Source: Piromyces finnis finn
Lineage: Eukaryota > Fungi > Neocallimastigomycota
Direction of reading: 5' to 3'
Length of the DNA: 64,000 bases
Assembly: GCA_002104945.1 (NCBI GenBank)
Contig: MCFH01000079.1
Coordinates: 140,154 to 204,153, forward strand
Positions within the stretch are counted from its first letter, which is position 1; every line of letters starts with the position of its first letter. The notes beneath the pieces were generated by a model that searched no databases, was not told the DNA's origin, and saw only the letters and a list, made by a program, of their open reading frames with translations. A program made the translations under genes and the position numbers. Positions 27,599-42,112 of the stretch are shown piece by piece.

Positions 27599-30061
27599 AT
27601 AAATGAATTACTAGTAATATAAATAAATATTATATAAAAAAAAATAAAAGTATTGACTACTATGCCTAATAGAAAGAAAAAATAAAAAAAAAAAAAAAGA
27701 AAATTTAGTTTAATTCTTAATATTAATTTCTCTTTTTATTTTATATTCAAGATGCTACACTATTAAACCAAAACTACTGCCACTTTTTTTTTATACTTTT
27801 TCATCATACCTTTTTTTTACACTCAAAGCAAAGCTATTATTTTATATATATTAGAGTGTATTGTATTTCAATTGATTTCATTTAATTCTTATATATGAAT
27901 CATTTTTACAGAAAATTAAACATTTTTTTATGGTAACTTTTTTTTAATCCATCAGCCTTTGATTATATTTTAATAAAAGGTCATTTAAATAGTTTTATTT
28001 AATTATTCATATATTAAACTTCATCCACAATTTAATTTAATATATGTCTTAAACCCAATATAATTTTTAGAAAGAAAAAGAGGCCTTTACACACACACAC
28101 AAAAAAAAAAAAAAGTGCAAGCAAAGAAACTATTCATTATTAAAAGTAATCCTTTATGGCCTGCTTCATTTCAAATATCTTTTCTTTCTTTCTACCTAGC
28201 TGTCTTTTTTTATAAAAGAAGAGTGAATTAAAAATAAAATAAAATTTCTTTTTTAGCTCATTTTCTTTTTTTTAATTATGGAATAATGATTCATACCTAA
28301 AGAAAAATTAAAAATATTAAATTAATAAAAAAGAAATGCTTTCATTTTATTAATAATAAATAGTTATTTTTTATTATTGCGGTTCATACTGTTTATTTAA
28401 AAGTGATTGTTAATACCACAATTACAATTAGGTTTAGGATGAATATCAAGAATAATCTAATTTGACTCATGGATATAAAGATTTTAATCTAACAAAACTA
28501 AATAAAGAAATAGATAGGCAATTTACATCAAATCTTCATACACCAACTAACTAAATAAGAAATTATTGTGTAAAATGATAAAGCGCTAAAAACCCTTTAT
28601 CCTTTCTAATTTATATTCATTCTAGTAGGATTTTCCTTAAAACTTTACGGCAATCTGGTTAGAAAAAGAGGCCATCATTTTTGCAACTTTGAAAGAAAAC
28701 ATCTTATAATGATCTATTAAAATAACAAATATAATAAAAATATATTAAAATATATAAATAAATATTATTTTATCATATATTAAACTAAATAATTATAAAT
28801 AAATATTAAATATATTACATAATATATTACATATTACAATGTAATAAATACTATTTTATTATATATATTAAATATTAGATATTTATATTATTAAATGTAA
28901 ATAATAAATTATTAATTTAATACATACTATTTATTTATTGTTTTATTTATTTATTCATTCATATACTGTATAATCATTTATTTATTTATATTTCATATAT
29001 CCACTTAATATTTATATAGGTTCAATAGTTCAATAGTTAAATTCAGGTTTATTCAAAGGATTACATTGCGGCTAATGTTGATAATCATTAAGAAGGGAAT
29101 AGATACTATTCATTATCCTTAATAGATCCACCCTAAATTTAAATTATATACTAGTATAATGTTGATATATTTTTTTTTCTAATTATTATTTTTTCCTTTA
29201 TTCACTCCCTTCATCTCCTTCAACCTTTCTTATGATTTTGGCATCATAAATAAAATAGAAAATTAGATGATTCTATTTTTTCATTTATTTAGGAGAATTT
29301 TGATGATTTATTTTTTAATATTTGATTATATTGTAATATATTGTAATATATATTATTTTCAACATTTTAATTTAAATATATTGTATTTTAATTTATTGTT
29401 TACCTTTTTTTTTATTTGCTTCCACATATTTTTTTACTAGTAAAAAAAAGTCATTTTAAAAAAAAAGAGAAACCTTTGTCGTGCATCTTTTTATTAATAA
29501 TAAAAATAATACTAAGAATAACAATAACAATAACAATAACAATAACAAGATTCGTATACTTTATTTCTTTTATTTTTTATTGTTAATATTCAACTATTTA
29601 TTTATCATTCAACTAGAAATAAATAGTCAACTTAGATTTATCTATCTTTGTACTATTACTTTTATTGTTTAATAACATAAATTAAATTCGAAAAGGGTAG
29701 AATGACATTTTTTAAACTAAATTCTTCCCAGGTTTAATTTATTTATTTTATTAAAAAAAAAAAAAAAAAGGAATTGAAATGAATGTCATGTTAAAAATGA
29801 AATAATAACAAAAAAGTTTATTTAGAATATGTAAATCATGACTGGGGATTAATAATATTAATGCAATAATTGCTATTACAATTAATAATGTAATAATGAT
29901 TATTAGTAATCCATCTTTGAAATAAATATCAAAAATATTTTTAAACATCAGAAACTCTAATTTTATTCAAAAAATTTCTTTTTTAATTATTATGATCAAT
30001 CATAAGAACAAAAGGAATCAAGTGTTGTATAAGCTTTACCAAGTATAAAAACATTATAAAA

Positions 30062-30079
30062 GTAATAATAATAATTAGA

Positions 30080-30140
<61 letters not shown>

Positions 30141-30250
30141 CAACACTATCTTATATAATAATAATAATAATAATAATAATTAGAGTAATAATAATAATAA
30201 TAATAATAATGATAAAAACACTATCTTATATAATAATAATAATAATAATA
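30062..30250. repeat. Compound (AAT)n array with duplicated interruptions
   Basis: AAT runs interrupted twice by aacactatcttatat and twice by attagagt. Confidence 0.85.
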
Positions 30251-33200
30251 AAACTATGGATAACGAATAAAATCTTTATGGGCTATTTTTAGAATGTAAA
30301 ATTAAATCTGTTTTTTTTTTTGGTTAAACTATACCAATAAAAAAAAAGATCTATTATCTATTGTTAATACGGAAAATAAAAATGACAACTTTTAATTAAG
30401 GATTTAATGAAATTTGTTTTATTTTTTTTTTGTTTATTTTTTCATTATTATTTCTTTTTTTTTTTTTTCATTTTTCATTTTTCATTTTTCTATTGTTCAA
30501 AAGGAAAACAAATTTTAATAAAAAGTAATAATAATAAGGATAAAGGATTCTTTAAAAAGAAAGAACGGCATTTTTTGATTTTATCAATACTTTTTACATT
30601 TAATTAATGTTGAAACGTTCCCTTTTTTATTATATGTCTTTGTCTTTTTTTTTTTTAAATAAATAACAACAACTATTATCCTTTTAATAGTTGAAAGGAT
30701 AATAGACCACTGTTGATATTTCATACTTTTTTACACCCTCACCACACTTTCACTACACCCTTGCACTTTTCCAGCCAGATTCTAATAAAAATAAAAAAAA
30801 AGTGGTATGTAAAATTTTTACTGGTTATCAAATAATTCTTTTTTTTATAATTTTTAATTTTATCCAAACTTTTAAAAAATGGAAGCAATTAATATTAAAT
30901 TAATTTTCAATTTATTTTATTATAAGATGACATAAATTAAATAAATTAAACAATGGATACAAAATATATTTAATAATATATTTGAATAGTATATAAATAC
31001 TATTTAATAATATATCATATTATAGAATGAAGAAAGAGAAAATGAGTTTGATTAAATTTTTTTTATTATTTTCTTTTTATAGTAAAAAAAGTTTATTAAT
31101 AATAAATTAAATTTTAATTTATATTATTAAATAAAGTTTATTTATCTGGATTGTTTTAATTAATGATATAAAAATCTAATTATTATCCAGCGGTTTGTAC
31201 ATTTTCAATAGAGAATCATTCCATATTTAGAAATTTTAATTTCCAAAACTTTCAATATAATTAATTTTAAAGTTTATATTCTTTTTTTTTTAAAAATTTA
31301 TCTATTAAGATTATTAATTTTTCTATATATTAAATTATATTTCAATATATATCACATTTTATTAAATAAATTCATTTATTTATGAATTTTATTCATAATA
31401 TAATTTGAATGTAATTTGAATATATGGTATATTTATTAAATTTTCAAAATTTAATTTATTTTTAATAATTAGTGCGTTTCTATTCTACTATAAATTAATT
31501 ATTTCTTCAAAATTGCTGATAAAAAAAAGTGAGCCTAGCCTAGCATAGCCTAGCCTAGACTATCTCTATCCTAGACCTAGACCTATCTTTGGTCCTACTT
31601 TTTAAAATAATACCATCCTTTTATTTTAAAAAAACTATTTAAAATATTAGTACTACCAGCTGGTGATAACAACTACTTTAATACTATTCATCAAAAGATT
31701 TACAAACGTGTTTTTCTAGATTAGTGTAAATCCTTTTTTTCTATTAATTTTTGTTTATTTTTTTTTATAAAATATACAAATAATCCATATATTAGAATAA
31801 ATATACAATGTATTCTAATGTATAATAATATATCAATATTTATATTGCTTATTTATTTTTTTATATTAAAAATTTTTATTCCTTTTTTTTTTTTTATCAT
31901 CATTATTAGTATTTTTTAATTTATGATTAATCATTTCATCATCATGATAATTTTAATAAAATCAATTAAAAAAAAAACAACAAAAAAAAAATTTACCTTT
32001 TTTTATTATTTAATTAAAAATCAAAATTTTTATTTCCAGCAAACTATAAAAAGATCAAAAAAGTTTACCAAAAAAAAAATTAAAATCTTTTTAAAAAAAA
32101 ATCCTTTTTTTTTTTTTTTTTTTGGTATAAAAAACAAATTTTTTTTTTTTTAAAAATAATATTATTGTGTATTTTATTTGTACATAAAGAAAAAGGTACA
32201 CTACCACTTACGCCAAAAAAAGTTTAAAAAATATTAAGGAAAATAACGCCAATCTATTTTTTTTATCTTTTTCTGATATAGCTATTACTTTTTTTTTTTT
32301 ACACAAAAGTAAAATATATAAAAAAGTAGTATTAATATCTATAATTTTTTTTTTGATAAAAAAAAAAAGATAAAAAAAAAAAAAGTTATTTTAAACAGCG
32401 TTCATTAATATATATATAAAATTGTTTTTTTTTTTATTTTTATCAGTCTTTCATTTTTTTTTAAAAAAAAAGAAAAGCAAAACTATTAATAAGACAAAAA
32501 ACAATTTTTTAATAATATTATATTGAACCCTTTTTTTTTTCAAAACAGAAAAATATATAATAGTTAAAAGATAAATTTGTTTTTTTTAAATAAAAGAAAA
32601 AAATAGAATTTAAATTGATTTTAAATATCTATTTTTTTTAACAAATCATTTTAAAAAGTTTTTAAGAGAAAAAGAAGTAAAATTGTGTTTTTTTTTTAAT
32701 TTATGAATAATTCATAAAAGAAAAAAAAAACGAAAATAATCAACAATTTAATATACATACGAGACACACTATTAATAATAAACTAGCTTTATTATTCAAG
32801 TATTTTAAACACCCTATAAGAAAAAAAAAAATTTTTTTTCAATTACTATTCTGTGGTTTAAATTTTTCTTTATTTGACAAAAAAAGAAAAAGAGAAAAAA
32901 AAAACAATAATAAAAAAAATTTATGTCTTTAGTTAAAACTAAATAGTATTTTTTTTTCAAACAAATTTTTTTTTTCAATTTTTTTTTAAAAGTTTTTTTA
33001 TATCTTTTTTTTTTAAAGACTACGAAACGTACCTAAAAAAAAAGAGAAAAAAAATTTTAAAAGTATGGAAAAAAATTTTTTTCATTTTAAAAGAATATAA
33101 TAATACAAGGATAAACAAGTGAAAAACAACAACAACTATATATATAAAGAAATTATTTATCAGAATTGTAGCAATAATTGAAGAAAATTATTTACTACCA

Positions 33201-33383
33201 AAAAAAAAAAAATTAACAAAATCAACAATATCGGAAACTTTTTTATAATTAACATTAAATCATATTACACCAATTATAATATATTGCACCAGTTATACTA
33301 TATCACTCCGGTTATAATAATCCCTTTTTTTTAGTATTAAAAGCAAAATTAATTTTTTAAAAAAAAAAACATTATCAGAAGAA

Positions 33384-34649
33384 ATGAATTCAAATCAAAA
33401 AAGACGCTCTTTAACTTTTGCTGAAAAGTTTGAAGTAAAATTCTTTTTTAAAGCAGAAGCTCCAAGAGAAGTTGCTTTTTCTGAAACAAGCTTTACTACA
33501 GGTAGTGAAAGCTATTATGATGATGATGAATATTGGGATTTAGAAGATTCTTACGATGAAGAAGAAGATTATTATGATAAACATCAAGATGAGGATGATT
33601 ACTATACCTATCATGGTTATCAAGATTATGAAACAAATACTTATGATGATGATGACTATTATTATTATGATGATAACTATGGATACTACAATAATAATAA
33701 TAATAATGTCAATTTTTCTATTCGTTATGAAATGGATCGTTTAAATCATCATTATCAAGATTATGAAGATAGATATGAAGAAGAAATTAGAGGTCGTAGT
33801 TACAGAGAACTTTTTAGTGGATTCAAAAAAGAAGAAGTTAGTGAGGAAAAGGCAAGTGAAAAGTCAACCACTAGAAGATTAGCTTTAGCTAAATTGGAAA
33901 AAGGTCTTTTTCGTCGTCAACAACTTCGTGATTCAGAAAGCTTTAGTGAAACAGAAGAATCAGAAGCTTCTAATTCTAATTCTGAATCTGATCCATTTGA
34001 TGAACCATTATCCCTTACTTCAAATAAAGATTTTATAAAGGATCTTAAACGTGCTAATTCTCCAGTAACTATTAAAGCAACATTTACTAGGGAAATTCCT
34101 ATTTCTATTCCATTGACCAATTCAAGTAGTTACAAGGTTAAAGGTCATGAAATTTCCCAAAGCTTTGATACCTTTAATAAACGTTTACCTTTTTCAACAG
34201 ATATTAATGATCGATTCAAACCTTCTTCTCTTTCAATTTTAGATGCAGATGAAAATCCATTTTCTGCTTTGGATGATACACTTTTGTCTTGTACACCATT
34301 AACCCTTCTTAATAAGACTCCTTTAGTCGTCAATTTATCTTCCACCACCAAAGAACCTGTAAAGGATTTATTAAAATCATCATCAACATCCTCGTCAAAT
34401 AAAACTAAATCATTTGATGTAAAATATATTCCTTCGCTTAATTCGAATGATTTAGTGAAAACAATTTCAAGTAAAAGTCTTTTGTCAAATCATCATAAAA
34501 CAACTCAAGATACTACTTCTATTACAAATATCTTGAGTAATTTACACAATAATACAAATAGTAAGGGTGCTAGTCATAAGGGAATGAAGAAAAGAGCGAG
34601 ATCTTATTCTTCTCCTTCATCCTTACAACAATTATTACCATGCTATTAA
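33384..34649 (+). CDS. Intronless 421-aa hypothetical low-complexity protein (Tyr/Asp-rich N-half, Ser/Thr-rich C-half)
   Basis: A 1266-bp open frame in AT-rich DNA with coding-like GC content and codon usage. No domain recognised except a possible PP1-docking motif at the N-terminus. Confidence 0.8.
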   Translation: MNSNQKRRSLTFAEKFEVKFFFKAEAPREVAFSETSFTTGSESYYDDDEYWDLEDSYDEEEDYYDKHQDEDDYYTYHGYQDYETNTYDDDDYYYYDDNYGYYNNNNNNVNFSIRYEMDRLNHHYQDYEDRYEEEIRGRSYRELFSGFKKEEVSEEKASEKSTTRRLALAKLEKGLFRRQQLRDSESFSETEESEASNSNSESDPFDEPLSLTSNKDFIKDLKRANSPVTIKATFTREIPISIPLTNSSSYKVKGHEISQSFDTFNKRLPFSTDINDRFKPSSLSILDADENPFSALDDTLLSCTPLTLLNKTPLVVNLSSTTKEPVKDLLKSSSTSSSNKTKSFDVKYIPSLNSNDLVKTISSKSLLSNHHKTTQDTTSITNILSNLHNNTNSKGASHKGMKKRARSYSSPSSLQQLLPCY

Positions 34650-37600
34650 TCTATTTTTATTTACTTCCACATCGACGATAGTAGCTTTTTTTTTTTTTTA
34701 AAAAAAAAGCAAGCGCACGAAAATTTTCATTAGAATTTGAAAAAAGTTTATATTTTTATAAAAAATATTTTTATTTTTTTCATCCTTTTTTTATTTTCTT
34801 TTTTTGTAAATATTTATTTGTTTAAAAAGAAAAAGAAATAGTTAAACGATAGAAAAACAAGCAAACAAAAAGCAAGTCTTTAAAAAAAAGTAATTGAATT
34901 CGATACGTTAAAGAGTTTGATATTCTTTATTAGAATTCAATAGTAGATATCAATTTTTATTTTATTTTTAGTAACATTCAACCCCATTTGTATATATATA
35001 TACTAATATTAATAATTATTCTAATAAATCCTATTAACAACAAAAAAAAATCATAAAGATAATTTTATTTTTTTTTTTTTAAAATGAATTTTATCCACAC
35101 TAGATGATTTTTTTTTATAACGCTACATCAATATACATATACATGTATATAGTATTCATTGGAATGAGGAAAAAAAAAAAAAAGCGTAGACGAAAAACAT
35201 TATCAACTATATTCATTAATCTAAAAATAAATAATGAAAAAAAAAAAAGAAAGACCAAAAAATCAAAAAAATAATGAAAAAGAAATAAAAATTGAATGGA
35301 AATTTTTTTAAAAGAAAAAATGTTAAGCTTAAGGAACCCCCAAAAAGGATATCAATTAATAATATAAAATTGGATGAAATTTTGGAAAAGAACGAAAACA
35401 TCAAAATTCTGGAAATTTTAATGGATAAAAATTAAGTTTTGGGGAGTAAAATGGTATCGAAGAAGAAGAACATTACAATCATTTAAGTAAAATGTTTTTT
35501 TTTTTTTTTTTTATAAAATTTCTAATTACAATTCAACATAAATTTTATTATATATAAAAAAAAAAAATATTAAAATTTTAGAAATAAATGTAGGAGTATT
35601 ATAACTATAAAAATTGAAGTATCATAAAAAAGAAAAGTGCATCACTTTTAAAAAGATAATTCATTTTTATTTTATATACTAATTTATTTTTAAATATTAT
35701 TATTATTTTTTTTTTTTTTTTAATTTTCATTGATTTTTATAATTATTTTTCTTTCTTTTTTTTTATCTTTTTGAAAACAATCAAAAGGATAAAATACTTT
35801 TTTTTTTTATTACTTTATCTCTGGTAGAATTAAGTATTCAATAGCCATTAGCCATTTATTTTATTTTATTTTATTTTTTTTTTATTTTATTAAAAAAAAT
35901 TCAAATATTTTTTAATTATTTAGCATTATAAAACTATTTTTCTTTTATATTTTTATTCATATTATAGTAAATAGACCATACATATATATATATATTTATT
36001 TAAATTATTAATAATAAAACAAATTATTTTTATCAAAGAAATTAATAATAAAAAAGCAAACAAATTTTAAAGGTAAAAAGAAAAAAAAAAAAAAAAAAAA
36101 GCAGAAGAAAAAGGAAAAGAGGAAAAGAAAAAAAGAGTTAAAATCTTAATTCTATTTTCCCCTTTTTCTTCCAATTTTTATTTTTAATTTTAGTATAGTT
36201 GAAGAATTTCTCAAAGAAATGTAGAATAAGAAATTAATATTTAGTTTTTTTTTTTATAAAAAAAAAAGAAAACACCAAAAGTCAAGAAAGATCATCAGAG
36301 TATATGAAAAACTAAAACAAAAGCAACCTATTTAGATTAAAAAATGAAATAAGAATTGTAAAAATAGAAACCCTAATATCAATAACAATGAAAAAAAAAA
36401 AAAAAAAAAACAAACCCTTTTCATCCAATGAAAAAAAAAAAACAAACAAATAAAAATAAAGATTGGATTTTTACACCTAGAAGAAAGAAAGAAAAAAAAA
36501 ATATAAAAAATATATGAAAGATTTTAAAAAATATATATTTTTTTTTGTTTTAAAAGAATAAATATAAAAAATATCAAATAAAAATATATATATAAAACGA
36601 AAAAGAAGAAAGAACCAAAACCCCAAACCTATATAAGAGAAACAAACAAACAAAACAAACAAACAAACAAACAAAAAAAGAAACACAATGAAAACAAATA
36701 ACCAAAGAAAGAAAAAAAAAATTGACTATATTCATTTAGTATTATTTCATTTTATTATTATTAGTGATAGTATTGATTATTTTTAATAGAAACCTTGATG
36801 ATACCTAGAAAAAAAAAAAAAACATATTGAAAGAGAAACAAACAAGCAAAAAAAATGTGGAATCATAGTAGTGAAAAAAAAAAAAAAAACAATATAAAAT
36901 GGATAAAATGGAGAATAATAATATTTTGGAGAATAATAAATATTAGTATGAAAGAAAAAAAAAAAAAAAGAAATTAAATTTAACCCCAATTATATATATA
37001 TTTTTTTTCTTTCATAATTAATTGTTTATTTGTGGAAAGTGGAAAGTGGAAAGAAAGGAAAAACTCTGGAAAAATTGGAAAATGTTGGAAAAAGTTAGAG
37101 AATGGGTGAATTAATGATAGTTTAGAGGAATGAAATATTAAAATTGAGGAAAAAGTTTGAAAAGTATTAGAATGATGATAATAATAAAAATATTGGAAAT
37201 AAACGAGTGGAAAAAAAAAAAGAGAGGAAGAGGAATGTTTTTTTATAAAAAGAAAAATTAAAAAAAAAAAAAAAAAGTAGAAGGATAATGATAATGGGAA
37301 TATTCTTTTTTTTTTTTTTTTTTAAATAATAATAATGAATGAAAATTAAAAAAAAAAAAAAAAAAGATGGGTAAAAATAAATTTAAATCAATATTAAAAA
37401 AGAAAGAAAAAAATTCTTACATAAAATTAAAGATTTTAATAGGTAAGAAGGAAAAAACTTTCTTTTACTACCTATTTATTTTCCTATATTTTTTTTTTTT
37501 TTTTTTTTTTTTTTATTTATTTATTATTATTATACGTTTTTTTTTATTTTTTCTTTTTTCATCATTATTATTTGAAAAATAATTTTTTAATATAGAATAA

Positions 37601-40276
37601 AACAAAAAGAAGAAAAAAGCAAATGGGAAAAAAAAAGTTGGATTGATAAAATAAAAGATAATAATAATAAAAAAAAGTCAAACATAAAGGAATAAAAGTA
37701 AAAAAAAAAAGAAAGAAAAATAAAATAAAAATTAAAAAATCAAAATAATATATAATATATACATGGAAAGATAAAAGTTATAAGAATTATTATATATATT
37801 TATATATATAATGGGATTGAACTTTATATTTATTCAGTAAATATTAATATGAATGACGACAATGACAACCATAACAATCATAACAATAATAATAACAATA
37901 AATAAGAAACATATTACTAAAAATAAAATAAATAATAAAAAAAAAAAGAATAAAAACGACAAAATAAAAACAAAAAATCAAAAGTAAAAATGAACAAACA
38001 AACAAAAAAAAAAACAAAAGTTAAACAATTAAATATTAAAAAAAAAAAAAAAGAAAATAAAAAAAAAAAAGGATTTCAAATTCAAATTTAAAATTTTCTA
38101 AACAAACCAAACGAACAAAAAACAAAAAGTAAAAAATTAAAAAAAAAAAAAAAAAGATATATATATATATACCCAAATTTCGAAAAAAAAAAGAAAAAAA
38201 AATATAATTCAACAAAAACAATATTTTTTAAATTTTTTTTTTTTTTTTTAATTATCACTACTATTATTATATTGATTAGTTTTATGATTAGTTTTTTTTT
38301 TTATTTATTTTTATTTTTATTCATTTTTATTTTTTAATGTATATATATTTGTAAAATTATGTAAATATTTTTTTTTATATATAGTTTTAAAAACCTTTGT
38401 AATTTTTTTTTTTTAAATATTAAAAAGAAAAAAAGAATTTGTCTTGTAGTAGTAGTATCCTATTAAATATTGTATATATGTATATAAGTTGATTAGAAAA
38501 AAAAAAAAAAAAAAAAGAAATTGTAAATAATTTAAAACACCTCAAAAAAAAAAAATTTTTTTTTCTAACATTTAAAATAAAGTAACAAAAAAAAAAAAAA
38601 AAAAAAAAAAAAATAAAAAATAAAAAAAATTAAAACAAATAAATATTATATATAGTATATAAGCTATCACTCTATTTTAGAGAATCATTGCACGCATGAA
38701 TAAATTAATGTTTATATTTATGAAATGAAAACGTTTTTGATTCAATAAGTTAAAAAAAGGGCTCCACCTTAACCTAGACAATAGATACTTTATTACTAAC
38801 CATAAAATACATCTTTGATAGAACGTATATTTTTTAATTATCCCATAATAAATATCGGATAAAGAATCCATAATGTAATTCTTAAAGCAACATTTGTAAA
38901 GACTAATAAGTCTAAAATCTTTTTTTTTTTTTGTAATATCTTTTAGTCTTTTTTTAATAAAACATTTTTTTTTATGCAATAAAATGTAGGATTCTTTAAC
39001 CCCCTCTCCTCCAAAAAAAAAAAAGAAATATTGGTATGAAAGAAATTTGATGATGTCGACCTGCCGTTTGGCTGACCGGACTAGTTCTTTTTAAGTATAA
39101 TATAATATATTTGATTTTAATTTAATTTTTTTTTTTCTACATATAAAAAATTTTTTTTTTATTTGTTGTTAAAACAATATAAATGCTGCTTGTAAAGAAG
39201 AAGAAGGAAGAAATGGTGGTGGTAATCCTTATTTATTTATTTATTATTTTTTTTCTGAAAAAGTTTATACAAACTAAATATTCCTTTTTCTATACCAAAT
39301 CATTATTTTTATTACTCTGGATGAAGAATCGTTAGAGAAGTCCTCTATAAAATTAGCTTTAAGGAATAGAGGAAATTGAAATTACAAAATTTATTTTTAT
39401 TGGGAAGTAAGTCACGGAAATATCATAGAAAATTTTTTTTTTTTTTTTTAACTTGGAATATAGAAAGAGGAAGGAGGGAAGGAAGAACCAGAAGGATTAA
39501 TGAAAAAAAAAAACTTTTAAAAAGTGAATAATAGATAACAGTTTTTATCCTATAATTTTTTTTTATGTATAGGTTTGATATGTAAACAAAATAAAAAATT
39601 AAGAATTAACTAAAAAAAAAAAAAATAAAATAAAAATAATTTATCGCAATAAGAAAAAAATAAAACTTTTTTTTTTTAAAATTGAAGAAGTAATTACCGA
39701 AATGCCAAAAATAGTTGAGGGTTTACCTCATTAGAGGGGGAAAATGAAAATTTATTAAAAATTAAAATGAGTTTAATACTTGTAGATCGTCTATTGAATA
39801 AATAATACAATAAATAAATGGATGAAAATAATAATAATAATTGGTAAAAAGAACCCATAACATAATATTTTTTTTTTTAAAATTTTAATAGATCATTTTA
39901 TTTCTTATTTCTTAAAAAAAAATAATAGATTTTATAAATTAACTTGAAAATATTTATTTATCATGGATAGATAGATTTAATAATTATAAAAAAAAATGAA
40001 AAGAAAAAAAAAATAATTTTAATGTTTTTTTTTTTTTTTTTCATTTGTTAAAAAAAATAATTTTTTAAAAATTATCTATAATTCAACTATTCATAAATAA
40101 AAATGTTATTAATAATTAGGATTAAAAAAAAAAAAGAGAAAGGATATATAATTTTCTCTTTAAAAAAATATTATTCTTTAATATACTACTTTATATTAAA
40201 AATAAAAGAAAATAAAAAAAAAAATTTTTTTTTCTATTGTTGTCATTGGTAAAAGTCTTTTTTTTTCGATTTAGGA

Positions 40277-40935
40277 TTAAACATTACATTTACCAAATTC
40301 AGATTGACATCCTGTGGAACAATAAGAAGAAGTAGTACCACAATATCCCTTCTTACTACAACATTGACCGCTTGGACAGGATCCCCATTCAGAACCACAT
40401 TTACCTTCAGTACATTTTCCATAATTCTTTTGACAGCCAAGATTAGCAGAACAGTAGGCACCACTGGTACCACAGTATCCCTTCTTACTACAACATTGAC
40501 CGCTTGGACAGGATCCCCATTCAGAACCACATTTACCTTCAGTACATTTTCCATATTCCTTTTGACAGCCAAGATTAGCAGAACAGTAGGCACCACTGGT
40601 ACCACAGTATCCCTTCTTACTACAACATTGACCGCTTGGACAGGATCCCCATCCAGAACCACATTTACCTTCAGTACATTTTCCATATTCCTTTTGACAG
40701 CCAAGATTAGCAGAACAGTAGGCACCACTGGTACCACAGTATCCCTTCTTACTACAACATTGACCGTTTGGACAGGATCCCCATCCAGAACCACATTTAC
40801 CTTCAGTACATTTTCCATATTCCTTTTGACAGCCAAGATTAGCAGAACAGTAGGCACCACTGGTACCACAGTATCCCTTCTTACTACAACATTGACCGTT
40901 TGGACAGGATCCAAAATCAATTCCATTTAGAATAC
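40277..40935 (-). repeat. Five tandem 132-bp (44-aa) CBM18-coding repeats
   Basis: The motif tcttactacaacattgacc recurs at 40351, 40483, 40615, 40747 and 40879. Internal copies differ by only a few substitutions. Confidence 0.97.
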
Positions 40936-42079
40936 CACATTTAAAGTTACATTTATTTTCATTTAAAGCGTCTTCATTACATAAACTATATGATGAAGTA
41001 TTGAATATGAATATATATATAAATATATTAAATACATTATAATTTATTTATTGATAAAAAAATAGGTTATACACGTTGAATCTATTTGTTATTGATAGTC
41101 TACACCTCATAAAATAGTATATAAAATTACTATACAAAAAAAAAAAAAAAACATTGATTTTCTTACATTTTATCAGTAGTATTAACATCTTGACAACTAA
41201 AGCAGTTATTTGATACATTTCTAATTTTTTTTTTAAAATTATTTTATATATATATAATTATGAATTTAATAAATTTTTTTTTAACCTATAAAGAAAAAAA
41301 AAAACTATACACTAATTTTTTTCATAGATAGACAAATAAATAAATAAAAAAAATACTAATATTTACAATTTAAGTAATTGAGTTAAATTTTTAACGGAAT
41401 CTGGAATAGTTCCATCAGTTAATCTATTATTGTATAAATATCTAATATCATTATATAAATTGTAATATATATATATAAATAAATAAATAAAAAATAAGTT
41501 TATAGATTATAAATTTAATTATAGTAATAATTAAAGAAAAAAAAAATAGTTTTTAGTTACAAGAACTTTAAAGAAGCTAATTTTCCAATAAATTCAGGAA
41601 CGGAACCAATAAAGAGATTATTATTTAATAATCTAAGTTATTTAAAAAAAAATATATATATATAGAAAGAAAGAAAGAAAGAAAGAAAGAAAAAATTTTA
41701 GAAATAATTAAAATGTGGTTTGTTCATATTAAAAATAATTTTTCTTATCATATTGTGTATTAAAGAAAATATATAGTTACAAATTGGTTAATTTAGTTAA
41801 ATTTCCAATAGAAGAAGGAAGAGTACCACTTAAATTGTTATCTTGTAAAATTCTGAAATTTTTTTTATATTTATAATAAAAATTAAAATCTTTTTTTTTT
41901 TTATGATAAAATAGTATTTATAGTTTTGTTTTATTATAGAATATAAATGATTTTTCTTTTCTTACAATGAATCTAATTTAGTTAAATTTCCAATAGATGA
42001 AGGAATTGATCCAGTAAGCTTATTAATATTTAATTCTCTATATAAAGGTATATATAAAGAATAAATCTATTAGAAAATT

Positions 42080-42112
<33 letters not shown>

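Noticed and set aside
29040-29270. Minus-strand patches resembling exons (YDAKIIRKVEGDEG; VDLLRIMNSIYSLLND)
   Set aside because: Splice phases are inconsistent and in-frame stops follow; a gene model could not be built.
29751-29948. 65-aa minus ORF with a TM-like helix
   Set aside because: The hydrophobic run derives from degenerate ATT/AAT repeats; no splice or homology support.
39046-39085. TGATGA...CTGA in a GC-rich patch as a box C/D snoRNA
   Set aside because: The boxes are only ~20 nt apart and there is no terminal stem; too short to support.
40243-40930. ORF-track ORFs 40243..40926 (-) and 40304..40930 (+) with repetitive V/T-rich translations
   Set aside because: Shadow frames of the CBM18 array. 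The real Cys-rich frame is a third, ATG-less minus-strand frame entered by splicing.
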